Assembly: GCA_050273025.1 (NCBI GenBank)
Contig: CP158635.1
Coordinates: 4,898,001-4,962,000 of the forward strand
Direction of reading: 5' to 3'
DNA from: Cenococcum geophilum
Taxonomy: Eukaryota
DNA length: 64,000 nt
Below, piece by piece: positions 37,721-52,800 of the stretch. Below the pieces are notes generated by a model. The model did no database searches. It was given only the letters and a program-made list of their open reading frames with translations, and was not told the DNA's origin. Both the position numbers and the translations under genes were made by a program. The number at the start of each line of letters is the position of its first letter. Positions within the stretch are counted from its first letter, which is position 1.

Positions 37721-40700
37721 TGTCACGGCTAGCTTCCCGTGGGAGCGATCCGATAGATTAAGTAATAATAAGGGGCTATATTATGAATAGACTAAGGTAA
37801 GGGCTTAAAGAAAGGGGCGCGGTAGACGATTATGTACGTGTTCGGTTGTCGGGGCAACGCTAGGGCAATATTAATCCGTGACTGATGACGCCTTAATGGT
37901 AGCTATATAGACGAACTGTTACATTACCCCCCTTTAAGCTAGGAGGATTGCCCTCGATCCTTATAGTTAGGCTCTCCTTATCTATCTTACCCTTCCGTCC
38001 TTCTCTGCTTTATTGTCTTCCTCTAAGGGCTCTAGATCTACGTCCTTATAATACGCCTCTAGCTATTGCAATAGCCATATAGGTGGTCTAGCGTTATAAG
38101 GTCTCTTGTTATGGAACGCCTTAATCTTATAGGGGGCGCCGATAAAGCCGTCTACGTTATACTAGGTGTTATCCGGGTTGTGGCCTACCTAGTTAACCTT
38201 ATACTATAGCCTTCCGTAGTAGGTTCTACTAGTAAAGATCTTATTAATCTTGTACTCTGGCTCGCCGTTAATTAGGATTGGCTTTTTTGGCTTCCTGTTC
38301 TGGCCCGGTAGGGGGTTATCTGGGTCCTTTTGTAGTTGATCGGTATGGAAGACGTTTGACATCTTTATGTTTGGGGGTAGGTTAATAATATACGAGTGTC
38401 CTTTTATGCCTAGAATCTTATAGGGCCCTGTAAGCTATCTGTCTAGCTTAATACTCGGTTGGTCGGTAGCCTAGCCCTTCCTAGTAACGTATACTTAATT
38501 ACCTACTCCAAAGTCTAGTTCGCGACGGTGCCTATTAGCTTGCCTTATCTGCCGCTCTTAAGCTTTCACTAGGTTGTCTTTTGCCTATTTAACTGCGTCC
38601 TAAGTTTTATATGCGAAAGCCTAAGCTTCTTATTATGTTAGCTTCTTACGAGGTGTTAAGGTTGCTTATATACGTTCCTCCTAGTTAAAGTAAAGCCTCG
38701 GCTTAAATTCTAGCTCTAGCTTATATGGTGTAAAGCTAGTAGATTTATACGGTAGGATTACCTGTACAAAGTCTATATAGGGGAGGAGCTCTAACTAATT
38801 ATCCTGGTAGTGGTTGATAAAGGGTCTTAAGCGTTGGTTAATGTACTAGTTTAGTACCTCTGTATTACTATTAGTTTGTAGGTAACTGGATGTAGAGAGC
38901 TTTTACTTGACACCGGTTAGCCTATATAGCTTATCTGTAAAGGCTAAGATAAATTAAGGTCTTTAATTTAATGTGACCGTCTTTAGGAGGCCGTACACGC
39001 GCTAGACGTGCTAGTAGTATAGGTTTGCTGCGTTAGCCGCGGTAGTAGTTTTATAGTAGGGTAGTAAGAAGGCTCTCTTACCTAGTCGATTAATAACTAT
39101 AAAGACGCTATTAAAGCCCTTTTTGTCTATTAGGAAGAACTTAAAATTAAAAGAGATATACTGCTAGCAGCGTTTACTAATTAGTAGGGGGTGCAGTAGG
39201 CCTAGGGTTTTGTTATAGGGTATATAGGTCCTCCTATAGGTCCTGCAGTTTCTTATATAGGTATCGTAGTCTAAGGGTAGTCCTGGCCAATAGTATTAGT
39301 CTACTATAAGTTTCCTAGTCTTTGTTTTGCCTAGGTAAGTGGTTACCTAGTAGGAGTGTACCTCCGCAATAAGGTAGGTACGGAGGTAGTTAGTATTAGA
39401 GACTATTAGCTTGCCAAAGCGGGTTAATAGTCCTCTTTGGAGCTTTTAGCCCTTCCTATCTTGCTTAGCTAGCTGGCGTAGCTCTACTAGCGACTAACTA
39501 GTTTAGTTGGCCTAGAGGATCTGATTAACTAGCTCATACGGTTCCTATTCGCGATTTGTTATAACTAGGAGGGGGTCTTTAGAGGTTGCCTCTAGTGTAG
39601 CGATTATAAGGGCGGGGTTAATTAAGTACATAGTGCGTATAGCTACGTCCTTCTCCTTTTATGTCTTTAGGTCCTCCTGCTTTTATAATAGGGTATTAGC
39701 TACTATATTTGCTGTGCCTGGCCTATATGTGATCCGTATATGGAAATCAGCTAGTAGGTTTGCCTAGCGGGCTTGCTATAGACTTAGGAGTCTCTTAGTT
39801 GTAAAGTACTTAAGGGCTTAATAGTCTATGACCGCTATAAAGGGAGTACGCTGAAGGCTAATGAGGTGACCTTGCTATTCCTATAGGCCTCTTATTACTG
39901 CTAGTATCTTTTTATTATGGACCTTGTACCGCATCTCTGCGGGGGATATTGTTTTTAAAAAGAAGGCTACTGGCTTCTAGGTCCTGTTATCTTATAGCTG
40001 GTTTAGCACCCTAGCTACTACTCTGTTGCTTATGTCCGTCTCTATACAGGTGTCTTGGAATAGTAAGTAGTGCTTGATTACGCTACTAGATAGTATAAGG
40101 GCCTTAACCCGTTTAAAGGCTTTAAGCTCTTCCTCCCCTAGTAGGTGCTATACTTCCTTCTTTATAAGCTTACTAAGCGGTCGTATAACTCGGCTGTAGT
40201 CCTTTAAGAAGGCCCGGTAGAAGTTATAAAACCCTAAAAAGGATTGCACCCCTTTTACGGAGGTAGGGGGTTCCCAATCCTTAATCGTAGATAGCTTATT
40301 AGTGTCTATAGCGATCCCGTTAGTACTAATAATAAAACCTAGGAACTTTATCTCCGTAATGTTAAACTTACTCTTCTTAATATCCGCTTATAAGCCTGCC
40401 TTCTAAAGCCTTTATAGGACCTTTTTAATATGGACTTTGTGCTCTAGCGGGTCGTCTAAGTAGATTAGGATGTCGTCTATATAGGCTGTGCAGAAATCGT
40501 CTAGGTAGTTAAAAAGGACATTATTAATAAATCTCTAGAAGGACGTAGGGCCGTTATATAGTCTAAAGGGTACGATATAGTACTTGTATGATCCGTACCT
40601 TATACAAAAGGTAGTTAACTCCTCTACCTCTTCCTTTAGCCGTATACGGTAGAAGGCCTACCAAATATCTAGCTTGGTGAAGATCTTAGCCCTTAATAGC

Positions 40701-43700
40701 CTAGTTAACGTCTCCTCAATTAATGGTAGCGGGTAGCGGTCCTTCTTGGTAATTATATTAAGCTTCCAAAAGTTAACGTAAAATCGCCACCCCCCTTTTA
40801 GTTTCTTAGCAAATAGGACCAGAGCTATAAAGGGTGCATCGCTTAGTATAATAAACCCCTTTTATAGGTGCTCTTGTAGGTAGGCCTTAACTAGCTCTAG
40901 TTGTTCTAACAATATATTATATAGCGGGCTAGGGGCTAGTTCTCTGCTGCTGCCTTTAAGAATAATATTATGGTCCACCCCCTTATAATGCGGTGGTAGC
41001 ATATCAAAGGTAGCTTTTAAGAAACCGTCAGCGTACTCTTAATAGGGCTATAGTAGCTTTTTATAGATAAGCCGGCGGAGTTTTTCCTTATTGTTAGGTA
41101 GGGCGTCTAGTCCCTTCCTATTCTCTATTAGCTGGTCTATTTTATAGAGGCTAGTATATCTAATTACTACGTTTTTGCGCTTTACCCCTTATAGGAAGTT
41201 CCTTACCTTAAGTAACGCGATATCTACTGCCCTAAACTGCCTAGTAGATAAAGGCCTCCTTGCTCTTAGCTTTGTTGGTAGAGTAGGCCTAGGGTAGAGC
41301 TGGTTTTCTATTTTTCTAATCGCGTCTTAGGTATTAATCTTCTAAGTATGCTTATAGTTATATAAGGTCCGTTTAGCTTGCTTCAGCCTAGCCTATCCCT
41401 CTAGCTTAATTTTAGTAGATGACTTCCTCTCTTAAAGTTCACTGATCGCGACTATACGTTTAAGGATGTATTAGGGGGTAGACTTAGACTCTTAATCTAG
41501 TAGTGCGTCTCTTTAATTTATATCTCTCTAGTGATTCTTATTAATTAGCGGGGGTAGGAGCTCCTTTCTTAGTATAATTACGTCCTGCCTACTATAGTAG
41601 TTTTTTTTAGTTCGCTATACTAAGACCCGGTATTTATAATTAATAAGGGCCCTAGTCTTTTTAAACCACCTACAGCCAATAAGAAGATTGTGGCGGCCCG
41701 TATCGCAGAATAGGAACTATATAGGGATTTATTAACCGTCCATAACTAGGTTCGCCTTAAAGAGCTATTTAATAGTGTTTGTCTGCTAATTGTTATAGCT
41801 AGATACGGCGACTCCTTGTCCTTTGATCTTGTAGAGCTTTAATTATAGTTGTTGCTTAATAATTAGCAGTAGCTTATAGTATATAAAGGCCTCTCTGCCC
41901 GCACTAGAGTTAAGTAGGCTTACCATATTAAGAGCTATGCCGCTTAGCGCGATCCTATATAGCGTTATAAGGGCTGCGCCTCCTAGGATCTCTTTTAGCC
42001 ATATAGGCGCTGTATTAACTACTCCAATCTACTCTAGGCAGGAGACTTCTTTTAGAGCTGCTCGTTTTCCAACTCTACTAAGTTAGTAACTATCTTATAC
42101 TCTTCGCTTTAGTTAATTGCTTTAGCTTCCGTCTTCTTTAGCGCTATATAGTTATTAGAATAGTGCCCTTGCTTGCCATAGTTAAAGCAGGTAATAGGTG
42201 TTTTTATAGCTAGTGCTGGAGTTAGAGACTGCCTAGGGGGAAGACCTTTGATCTTTTTGGCGCCCCTAGTAGAAGCTCTCTTACTAGCCTAGGCTGCTTT
42301 ACGGTCACTTTGTTCCTTACCTGTCTGCTTTAGACCTTAGGCGTACTATTAGGTAGTCTTGCAATAGGCCTAAAAGCTATAGTCTTTATTTACTACCTTG
42401 ACTTCTATTTAGACGCGTAGGCTGTTATAAAGCTTATTATAAAGCTCCTCTTTTTACTAATCTTGCGGCATCCTTGAGATATTTGCTAGCCGTATAAAGT
42501 TAGATTAGAAATCGTTGAAGTCTCCTAGGTACGGTATCTTAAGGCCTTTAAGTTCTTGCCGGGCCTTAATATGGCGATCTGGGTCCTTAAAGACGTTCTT
42601 TAGGAACTCTAGTACCTCTTTACTGGTAGGGTTGCGTTCCGCGTTGCGCTCTGCCTCTAGGTATAGTAAGAGGTGGTTATAAGCTTTGCCTCCTACACGC
42701 GTCTTAATGTACGCTACTTTTGCATCTTCTTCTTGGCCTAGGTCGTCCTAGTAAAACCAGTCTGCATTAGATTAAAGCTTATTTCATATATAGCCGCTCT
42801 AGGCTCAGTAGGTAGGTTCTTTTCTATCTATAAGCGTAGGTAGATCTAGGAACTTCGCTATATAGATTAAGCCTATAGCGCTACTTGTCTAAGAGAATGG
42901 TGTCCCTTCTTACGTCATCTATGCTGGCGTGCCTTCTTCCTCCTTATTATCCTGCCGATCTAGGGCTTGTACAGTAACCTTATGGCCTATCTTAGATATC
43001 TTCCGGTTGGCTTTATAGAGCTCGTTAGTCCTATTATCTAGGTGCTCCTTAAGCTCCGCTATCTTTGCTTTAGCCTCCTCTTTTACGTTAATAGCTTTAT
43101 ACGCGTGGTTATTTGTAAGACGCTATAGTATAGCGATTTGCTGTTCTAACGCCTTCCTTCGTATTCCCTAGAGCCTTAGCTCCTTTATAAGTTCGGTTAT
43201 AGGTATCTTGGCTAGGCTTTAGGTGGTTGCGGCTATATACTCCCTCTTTATCTCTATCTTAAAGTATATAGGGTTCTTGGCGTCTTCCGATTGCGCTATA
43301 AGACGGTCCTATTTGCTCTTTATATTGTCTGAAAGTTCTATCTCGCTATAGTATAGTTAGAGCTCTGGCGGCTTAAGTGTTGCGTCTATAGGTTCCTCGC
43401 GGCCTACTAGTACTGGGTCGGTGGCTATCTCTAGTGCACTAGGCCTTAATGCGCTCTTTCTTACTATAGTGTCTCTTTTTGCTTCCTTAGGCAAGTCCTC
43501 TTGCTACTAAGATTGTAGTTAGGGTGATCCTTTTAATCTAATTGCCGTAGTCTCTTCTTTTAGCTGCTTAATCTGCTGTTATAATTGCCTGCCTTGAGTA
43601 GGGCTTAGTAGGTTAGTTAGTTTGTAGTCGTGGTAGTAGAACTGGCTACGCGTTTAACTGTTGGACCTAGTATTGTGTCGCCTCTATAGGCTAATTGAGG

Positions 43701-43918
43701 GTAACCTTAGTCTAATGTTACGGCTAGCTTCCTGTGGGAGCGATCCGATAGATTAAGCAATAATAAGGGGCTATATTATGAATAGACTAAGGTAAGGGCT
43801 TAAAGAAAGGGGCGCGGTAGACGACTATGTACGTATTCGGTCGTCGGGGCAACGCTAGGGCAACATTAATCCGTGACCGACGACGCCTCGATGGTAGCTA
43901 TGTAGACAAACCGTCACA
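37721..43918 (-). mobile_element. Ty3/Gypsy chromovirus G3, full length 6198 bp, nested in LINE ORF2, RIP-inactivated
   Basis: 203-bp LTRs 37721-37923 and 43716-43918; TSD AATAA at 37716-37720 and 43919-43923; minus-strand PPT next to 37923; gag zinc knuckle (~42160-42195), RT, RNase H, integrase and chromodomain remnant (GEPEY.I.KI...GRL.YKVN.VGH ~38150-38270). Confidence 0.95.
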
Positions 43919-46900
43919 AATAACTGGAGACGATTTATAAACGAGCATACTTCTAACCTAAGCCTCTCCTATAATAAGGGCTTGTGGGCTATAGCGAAAT
44001 AGGTAAAGAAAAAGGTAGGGCGACTAGCAGAAGATCTATACCTACTACCCCTATAAAGAGTAGGGGAATTATAGGCTACTAATAATAACAATAAGAAGGT
44101 AAAGATCTTTATAGAAAGGTTCTTCCCCTAACCAGCTGCAGTAGACCTTAGTAATATTATAGGTAAAGCACTAGTAACTTGCCTGCGGGTTAACAGTAAT
44201 ATAATAACAGAGGAAATGGCTAAAACTATTAGCCGCCTTTTAAATAATATAGTACTAGGTTTAGATGGGATCCTAAATAAGGCCTTAAAGACCTATAGAC
44301 CACTTATAGCACCCTGGCTTGCAGATATAGCTAGAGTATACTTTACTATAGGCTACTACCTACAACTTAGAAGATCTATAACGATAGTTGTCCTATAAAA
44401 AGAAGGTAAAGTAGATTACTTAATTCTAGGAAGCTACTGCCTTATTGCCTTAGAAAACACCCTTAGCAAAATCTTAGAAAAGGTAATAGCGGACTATATA
44501 GCGGATATAGCTAAGGAACACGCCCTACTACTATAGAGCTAAATAGGGGCAAGAAAGAACCGCTTAATACTATTAGCACTTACGCTACTTGCTACTACTA
44601 TTAAATCTACATAGGCGATATAAAGGGACTTTATAGTATTAATGCTTAGCCTAAATATTAGTGGAGCCTAGATATTAGTGGCGCCTATAATAACGTACCT
44701 CACGAGCGTCTTCTATATATCCTTAGGGCAAAAGGCTTCCTAGAGTGAATTGTATAATTTATTTAAGGGTTTATAGGTTAGAAAGAAATATTACTAGTTT
44801 TTAGCGGATACTAGAGCCCCCCTATTATAGTTGCAACAGGAATACTATAAGGATTACCCCTCTCGCCTATACTCTTCCTTTTCTTTATAAGCAACTTGCT
44901 TAACTCCTTTAAAGAAGGGGCGACCTAGGGGATAGGCTTTATTAATAATATAAACCTAATTATATACGGGCTATTAGCCGTAAAAAATTGCAGAATGCTA
45001 GAGAAAGCTTATAATACCTATATAGAATGGGTAAGATAATATAGAGTCTAATTCTTACTAGAGAAATACTAGCTAATCCATTTTATAAGAAAACGCAACT
45101 AATCTGTAGATCTTTAGTATATAATCTATATTTAAGGCTTTAGGGGTTAACTAGTTTAGGGCCTATGGGTATTAGGAGTATGGGTAGATAGTAAGCTCTG
45201 GTGGAGCGTATATGCGGCGTAAGTGGCCTATAAGGGCTAAGTATAGTATATTATATTATCCAGGATCGTTAATTCTATATAGGGCCTATGCTTTTAGAGG
45301 TTACACCTACTATATATAGCAGTTATCCGGCTAACCATAACATATAGGTCTAGTATTTAGGCCATTAGAGAATCTGAGAAAGGCCCCCCTAAGTCACTCT
45401 TTAAACTACTCTAAAAGGTCTAAATAGCCTACCTTTAGAGTATAATAGGCGGATATAAGCGAACGGCCATAGCACTGCTTAAGAAGGAAGCCAATATTCC
45501 CCCCCTATAACTATATATTAAAGCCGCTGCAATATAAAGGGCCTAAAATAAATGCAACTCTAACGTTATAAAGTATATTAAGACATGCCTAAATAAACTA
45601 TAGAGGGACCCTAGGGCGCCCTATAGGAGAATAAACCAATAACCCTAAAGTAGGGAAGATATATTAGAGAAACAAGTAAAGAAAGCAGAAGAAGAATAGT
45701 GCTGCTTTAGGGCCCAGGCCTATATAGAGGAGAAAGGGAGACGTATAAGAGGCTAGTAAAGATAATAGTAAGAGAGAGAAAGGAGTTAAAGTAGAGTATA
45801 AAAGAACGCTAGGAAACTATCTACCGTAATAAAACACTGGTTAGACTAACGCTAGAGAGGTATATAGGAGTTAAAGGTATAAAGGCTAACTAAGGCAAGA
45901 GGAACCTAAGCTGTAGTATAGTTAATACTATAGGGGGTAAACACTCTAGGGCTCCGAGAAGGCCTAATAAAGGCAGAAAATATAATAGCGACACTTTTAA
46001 GAACAGGAATAATAGGACTAAAAGACTGGCTCTACTAGGTAGGTGTCCTAGTAGGTAGCCTAAGATATAAATATAGCTGGCTAAGACAGACACCAAAACA
46101 CGTAATACTGTTATGCCCCCTACACACTAACTAAGAAGTAATGCTTTTAGTAGCTAGCATAGAGAACTATAATATACTACTCTTAATATAAAAAGGCCTT
46201 AAGGCGGTTACCTAGTGGCTTATTAGCTAAAATATACTAAACTAGTTCCGGGTTATAAGGGAAATGGTAATAAAGGGTAGGGGGGTAAGCAATGGGCGCC
46301 CCCTGATAACTCTATAGTAGTAGAGTAAAGTTTACAATACTAGCGCGTCCGTAGGCTTATTACGGCAGTAGTAGTTCCTAAGGAGGTTAAAAAGTAAGGT
46401 AGTAGGAGCACTATAGGTGACTCGCAGGCGCCTTATAAGCGAGTCCTAAAAGGTAGGGAGATGGATTATAGGGTTTTCTTAAGTAGAGTTTTCTCCCTAT
46501 ATATATATAAGGAGTAGTCCGCGTGGGCCTAATAGGGATCCGAATCGGACGTTAAGTAATGAATTATTATTATTAATAAACTACTAAAATACTAACTATA
46601 TAACTATAAGATTATACTTAAAGAAGAAATACAGCCTGGATTTAGACCCTTATAAAAAACATCTTAAAATAAACCCTAAGTAATATAGAGGTATCTAAAT
46701 AAGAACCTAAGTAAAGGATTTATTAGAGCAAGCTCTTCGCCTACAGCTATATTTATAATCTTTATTAAAAAACCTAGCGGTAGTCTATACTTTTATATAG
46801 ACTACTAAGCTCTTAACGCCATTACTATTAAGAAATAGTATTCGATCCCGTTAATATAAAAGACACTAAACTAACTAAGTATAGCCCGCTACTATATAAA

Positions 46901-47242
46901 GCTTAATATTATTTCCATGTTTAACCGCCTCTATATTATAAAAGGAGATAAATAGCTTACTATATTTTGTACCCGATATAGATTATTTAAATACTTAGTA
47001 ATACTATTTAGCCTTATAAACGCCCTAAGTTTGTTTTAATATTATATAAATAATACCCTATATCCCTACCTAGACATCTTCTATACTGCTTATATTAATA
47101 ACATTTTAATATATAGCAATAACCTAACTAAATACCGGAAATACGTTAGCCTTATTTTATAAGCCCTATATAGAGCTAGTCTATAATTAGATATAGATAA
47201 ATATAAATTTTATAAAATAGAAGTCCTATACTTTAGACTTCT

Positions 47243-47371
47243 TATAAGGTGACAAGCTTCGTACTACTTAGCCACAGCACAAACCCCAAAAGGTAAGTAA
47301 GTGACTAGCTTAATGCCAGGCACGGCTATGCGGAACAATATATATAGGCGAGGTGACTTCGTCACCTAACA
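47243..47371 (+). repeat. Solo LTR, 129 bp
   Basis: TATAAGG(RIPped TGTAAGG)...CCTAACA; TSD CTTCT at 47238-47242 and 47372-47376; interrupts G2 RT. Confidence 0.9.
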
Positions 47372-49839
47372 CTTCTTATTTTTATAAACAGTATATAAAT
47401 GGACCTAAAGAAGGTTAAAGTAATTATAAACTAGTAAAAACCCGAGAATATTAAGAACGTAAAAGCCCCTATAGGATTTACTAATTTCTATTAACGGTTT
47501 ATTAATAACTTCTCTACCCTAGTTTTACCCCTTATAGCTCCAACCTAAAAGGATAAAGCCTTTATCTTTAATAAGTAATATAAGGAGATCTTTACTTATA
47601 CTCTAATATTTTAACCTAAACTAAATAAGTATTATAGAAGCTAATTTATCTAACTATATTACTAGAGGTATTTTATATTAATATAACTAGAATAAAGTAT
47701 TGCACCCTATAGTATACTTCTTTAAATAATTAAACCTAGCTAAATATAACTATAAAATCCATAATAAGGAATTATTAGCTATTATTAAATATTTTAAATA
47801 ATGGTAACCTAAAATAAAAGGCGCTAAATTTCTAATTAAGGTCCCTAGGGACTATAAGAACCTATAGTACTTTATAACTATAAAATAGCTAAGTTATTAT
47901 TAAGCCTACTAGTTAAAATATCTATTTTATTTCTAATTCTTAATTATATACCGCTTAGACGTTTAAGGTTAAAAGCCTAATGCCCTAACCTAACGCTTAT
48001 AAGACGTGCTAGTACCAAAAGAAGCGCGCTTTTACTAAAATTAGACCCTACTTTACCTTAAACCATTTAACCCTCTTATTAAAGATCTTATAGTATACGT
48101 TCTTAAAATAACTAATTAATTAACCAATTAGACTATTACCAATAAATATCTAAACAACGAGTTTATCTAAGAGACGCCTAATCTAATTTAAGATAGTATT
48201 AAACGCTTTAAAAAATCTCTTTAAGTAAATATAAAGCTTATAGACACCGCCTATACTACTAAAACTATCTAGTTATACCTAACTACGATAAACTTAAGCT
48301 TAAGCTTATTAAATATATATATAATTTACTAGTAGCTAGCCACTTAGGCTAAGGAAAAACCCTAAAGCTACTTTAATAGAAGTACTACTGGCTAAATAAA
48401 TATAATATAATATAAAGATATATCTCTAGCTACTATATTTACTAATAAGCTAAAGCTTTATATAACACGTATACCGGCCTTTTAAAGCCACTACCTACTC
48501 TAGACTAAAGATAGAAGAATATATTAATTAACTTTATTATTAATCTCCTTATAAGTAAAGGCTATATAAATATTATAGTAGTTATAGACTAACTATCCAA
48601 AATAAGACACTTAATTGCCTGCCCTAATATATTAATACCTACTATTGCCTAACTGTTTCTAGATTATATATAAAGACTCTATAGGCTTTCTAAAAAGATT
48701 GTCTTTAATAGAGGCAGCTAGTTAATTTTTATATTTTTAGAAAAAACTAACTACTTAACTCTATATTAAAGTACTATTATCTATTATATATTACCTAGAT
48801 ATGGATAGTTAAACGGAATATATAAATACTATAATAGAATAATATGTTTATCGAATAACCAGATCAACCAGCCCATATTTACTAAGTTTACTATAAATAA
48901 TTCCGTCTTAGAAACTATAAAGGTCTCCCTATTCCTAGCTAACTACCGCTAACATCTATAAATAGGTTTTAAACCCTTTAGTAATCTTCCTTGCCCCACT
49001 TATTACGCCTTATAAGTTATAAAAGTAAATAAGTTTATAAAGAGGATAGAGGAGCTATAATAGTTTCTTATTAATAAGATAATATAGGCCTAATCTGTCT
49101 ATAAAGCCGCAGTAAATAAAAACCAAATCCTAGTACTGGCCTACTAAATTAGTAAATTTATTTGGTTAGATATAAGAAATCTAAATATAAAACGACTTAT
49201 TAAAAAACTTAATTAGAAGAATGCTGGCCCTTATAAGGCTAAGAAAGTTATCTTCTTTTATACTTACTAACCTAACTAAAGCTCTCTAATACGTTAGAAT
49301 CTACTCTATATTCTATACGTTAAACCTCTACCTTATTACCCCTATATTAAACGCCTTACCTAGATAGATATAGGACCCTCCCCTATTAGTTAAAGTGGAT
49401 AGTAAGAATAAGTACTTTATTAAAAAAAATTAATAATATTAAGTATAATAAGCGGAAACGCTAATATATATACCTTATAAAATGGATAGGCTTTATTAAG
49501 CCTTTATAGGAACTAGCTAACTCTATAGAACTTATATAAGCTATAGAAGACTTTTATAAGCTCTATCTAGAACTACTATAACCCTATCTCGCAGAAGATT
49601 AAGTTTAAAGGGGGGGTACTATTATAAGATACCCCTATAACACCTTATATATATCTACCTATTTTTATTAACTTAGTAATTAGAGACCGACTATAAGACT
49701 ATAATATATCGTAATCTATAGCAATCTAACGTTAATTTACTGTATTCTGCTATATTCCACTAAGTTTTACTAAATCCTACTAAATTCTGCTAGGACTACT
49801 ACCTAAATCCTATTTTACTTTATATACGTATTAACTAAG

Positions 49840-52800
49840 TGTATAATTACAGCACCTATTATACCAAACGCGTGCTTACGCGTTCGGTACACCAGGTACG
49901 CGTTTACGCGTTCAGTGCACCAACCACTCGCTTACGCGTCTAGTGCACTTATAAAGCACTAACTAATTAGGGGGGAGGTGCATCAGTATATAGACTACGT
50001 AGTCTGCTTTATACAATTAACAGTTACCATCCAAACAAGTATACAATACTACATGTATTTCGTGCCCGTAGATACAACTCACTCATACTATTAAGTTAGT
50101 ACGAATACTAATTAGTAAGCGCGCATAGATTAGTAATTACTTAATACCTCCCCCCAAGTGATACATACGACAGCGACTACCCGTTTAGACTCCTAGTACG
50201 ACCTACTAGAAGGTTGGAAGTTAGGGATTACGGACTTATCTCTAACTCTGTATACTTATTTAAGTCTTAGTACAGTTTACCAAAAGTTATAAATGCGAAT
50301 ACAAACCTATACGGAACCCCTATCCTTAACCCCCTTAAACCTTAAACCTCTTTGGACCTTTTATAGAAACCCCCTACCCTCCTGCGAACCATTACGAACT
50401 TATTAATTAATTTTACGGACCGTTATAAGACCTCCCCCACCCGTTATAAGCTGCTACCACCCGCTACGCACCACACTACACTATAGTATGGCAGACATCA
50501 GTAAGCAAGTCAGCGAAGGTCAAAAGAAGTGGAGATAAGGTATCGACGTTACGTCTATAAACGATGTTAACGACTACATTAGCTTTAAAATCCTTAAATA
50601 CAGATACTTTAAGCTTATAAATGATAACCTATAGGAGTAATATAAGGAAGACTTTGCGGACTTTACAGAAGCTATTTTTAAGGCTTATAACCCTACTACC
50701 ATCCGTAACCTATAAACCCTTTTATATTACTAAGGCGTATAGGTTAAAAGGGACAAACGAGTCACTATTGCACGGTCTCTATACGACATACTACGTGAAG
50801 AGGACCAAACGGAATGGACTAAAGAGTAGATCTTAGATTACATTAAAACCAATGACCTCTTTACCTCCTTTAAACTTAACAGAATTTCTAGCCTTATAGC
50901 TAACCCATTTAACTAAATTTGTTCCACAAACCTAAGTGGCATTAGAATTAATCTTACTAGCTAAAGTATACCTAATACTTAAGTTACGGACTATAATACC
51001 CCCGTAACCTAAATTACGGACCATAATACCCCTATAAACCAAAATACAGACTAAATTACCCCCGTTATTTAAGTCACAGATCCATAAGCTATATATCCGC
51101 AAGCCACAGATCTATAAATTATAGATCCGCAACCCACCTAAGTAAAGACCTATGGTAAGGAGCTAGCTAACCTAGCCAAGCTCTATACTGACGAATCCAA
51201 GTATAGCGGTAAAAACGATAACTTTAACTTTAAACTTACTATCTTTACGGACCTCTGTCGGAAGGCTAATATTCCTAAATAGGAATTCAGCCAAGCCTAC
51301 TCTACTATGCTGCGCGGCCTAGCACTTAACCACTACTACACTAACCTTAAGAGTAACCCCCTTAGTGTTCCCTTTAATAAGCTATATAAAGCTACGCGTA
51401 ACTACTTTAAAGGACCGGAATATAAACGTGATATTCTTACCTAATAGAATGCGACTAAGCTACGGACCGTAATTAACAAGAATACTAAAAAATCGACTAT
51501 AGAGTGCCTGCAAATTCTCATTAAAGACCTTTGGCACCTATAGCACGGCCTTAATACCAAGCTTTAAACAGACGACTTCCTATATAATAAACTTATTACA
51601 GCCTACTAGGAAGTAGAGCCCTACAAGTACGCCTACTACAAGCCTACAGATACCTTAGCTGGCCTCATTAATGACCTACGCTCCTCTATTGTAACGTATG
51701 AAGTCTTAAACCCACTAGGCAGCACTTAAGCCTTTATTGCGGATATTTAATATCCATAAACAGACTTAGACGTCTACTTTACGGACCGCCGCTACCGCTA
51801 GCAGCACCTGTACCGACTAAGTCCCACCCGTAACCCCCATAGCAACCCCTATACAAAAACATACCCCCACAGACAAACCAGCCAGAAGTGCTTCATATGC
51901 GGTAAGGAAGGATATTAGTCTATAAGGCATACCTGGGAAGAACGTAACAAGTCTAGAAAGAGACTTAATAGCTATATTAACTAGTTCATTTTAGAATACG
52001 AAGGAGAGGAAGCAGAAGAGCCCCCTAATAAGTTAATAGAAGCCCTTATAATTAACTTTAACTCAGACGCTTAGGAATAAGAGACCTTAGAGACATTCCT
52101 AACTACTTTTAGACCTTTTATAGACAGCTAAGCCTTTAATATTACGACCGTATTAGCTAACCGTTCCTTTATACACTCAGTTACGCCCAAAAACTATTCC
52201 ATAAGTACCCCCGTTATGGATGTTATAGATTATAAGCAGGACCTATTTACATATATCACCATAGAACGCTATACCCCCAAGGAATTCTACGGTGTTATAA
52301 TCGACATAGGTACCTCTAAGAAGTCTACCATAGGCTATAGACAATACCTTATATATAAGACCACCACAAATAATAATACGGACATTGATATTACGCAAAC
52401 TGGGGCCATAAACATCCAATTCGGCATCGGCTTAACCGCATTAATTAGATTAGTTAAAGTTAAGACTCTAATTAGCCTAGTTAACTTCCACGTAGTAAAA
52501 GCGGATACCCCCTTCCTACTCTATCTTATAGACATGGATAGGTTATAGGTATACTACAATAATGTTACGGACACCCTAATTAGCCCCGCAACTACCCTAG
52601 GAAGTAAGTATATTACCCTGCCAATTATATAATGATTTAGACACCCGTTCCTTATATAGGGAGAGACTTTACGGACCTATATTTAGGAATCTTTCGACTA
52701 TAGCCTATGCTACCTTACTAATACGGAGATCCACCGCCTATACCGCCGTTTCGGCCACCCATTAGCTAAAAAGCTGTATAGAGTCCTTAAACGCTCTAAA

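Larger units (their letters stand above)
32864..46573 (+). mobile_element. Tad1-clade LINE (~5.6 kb after removing two nested inserts), RIP-inactivated
   Basis: ~14-bp TSD TAATAA(G/A)CTACTAA at 32850-32863 and 46574-46587; ORF1 with CCHC knuckle remnants (~33970-34145); ORF2 AP endonuclease (ILLGD.NL..P.WG ~37050; IDL.F; (S)D(H).P ~37295), RT (G.DGI.N ~44260, SY.PIALENTL.K ~44430, GI..G.PLSP ~44840), C-terminal HVILLCP (~46100); (ATT)n tail at 46563-46574. Confidence 0.92.
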
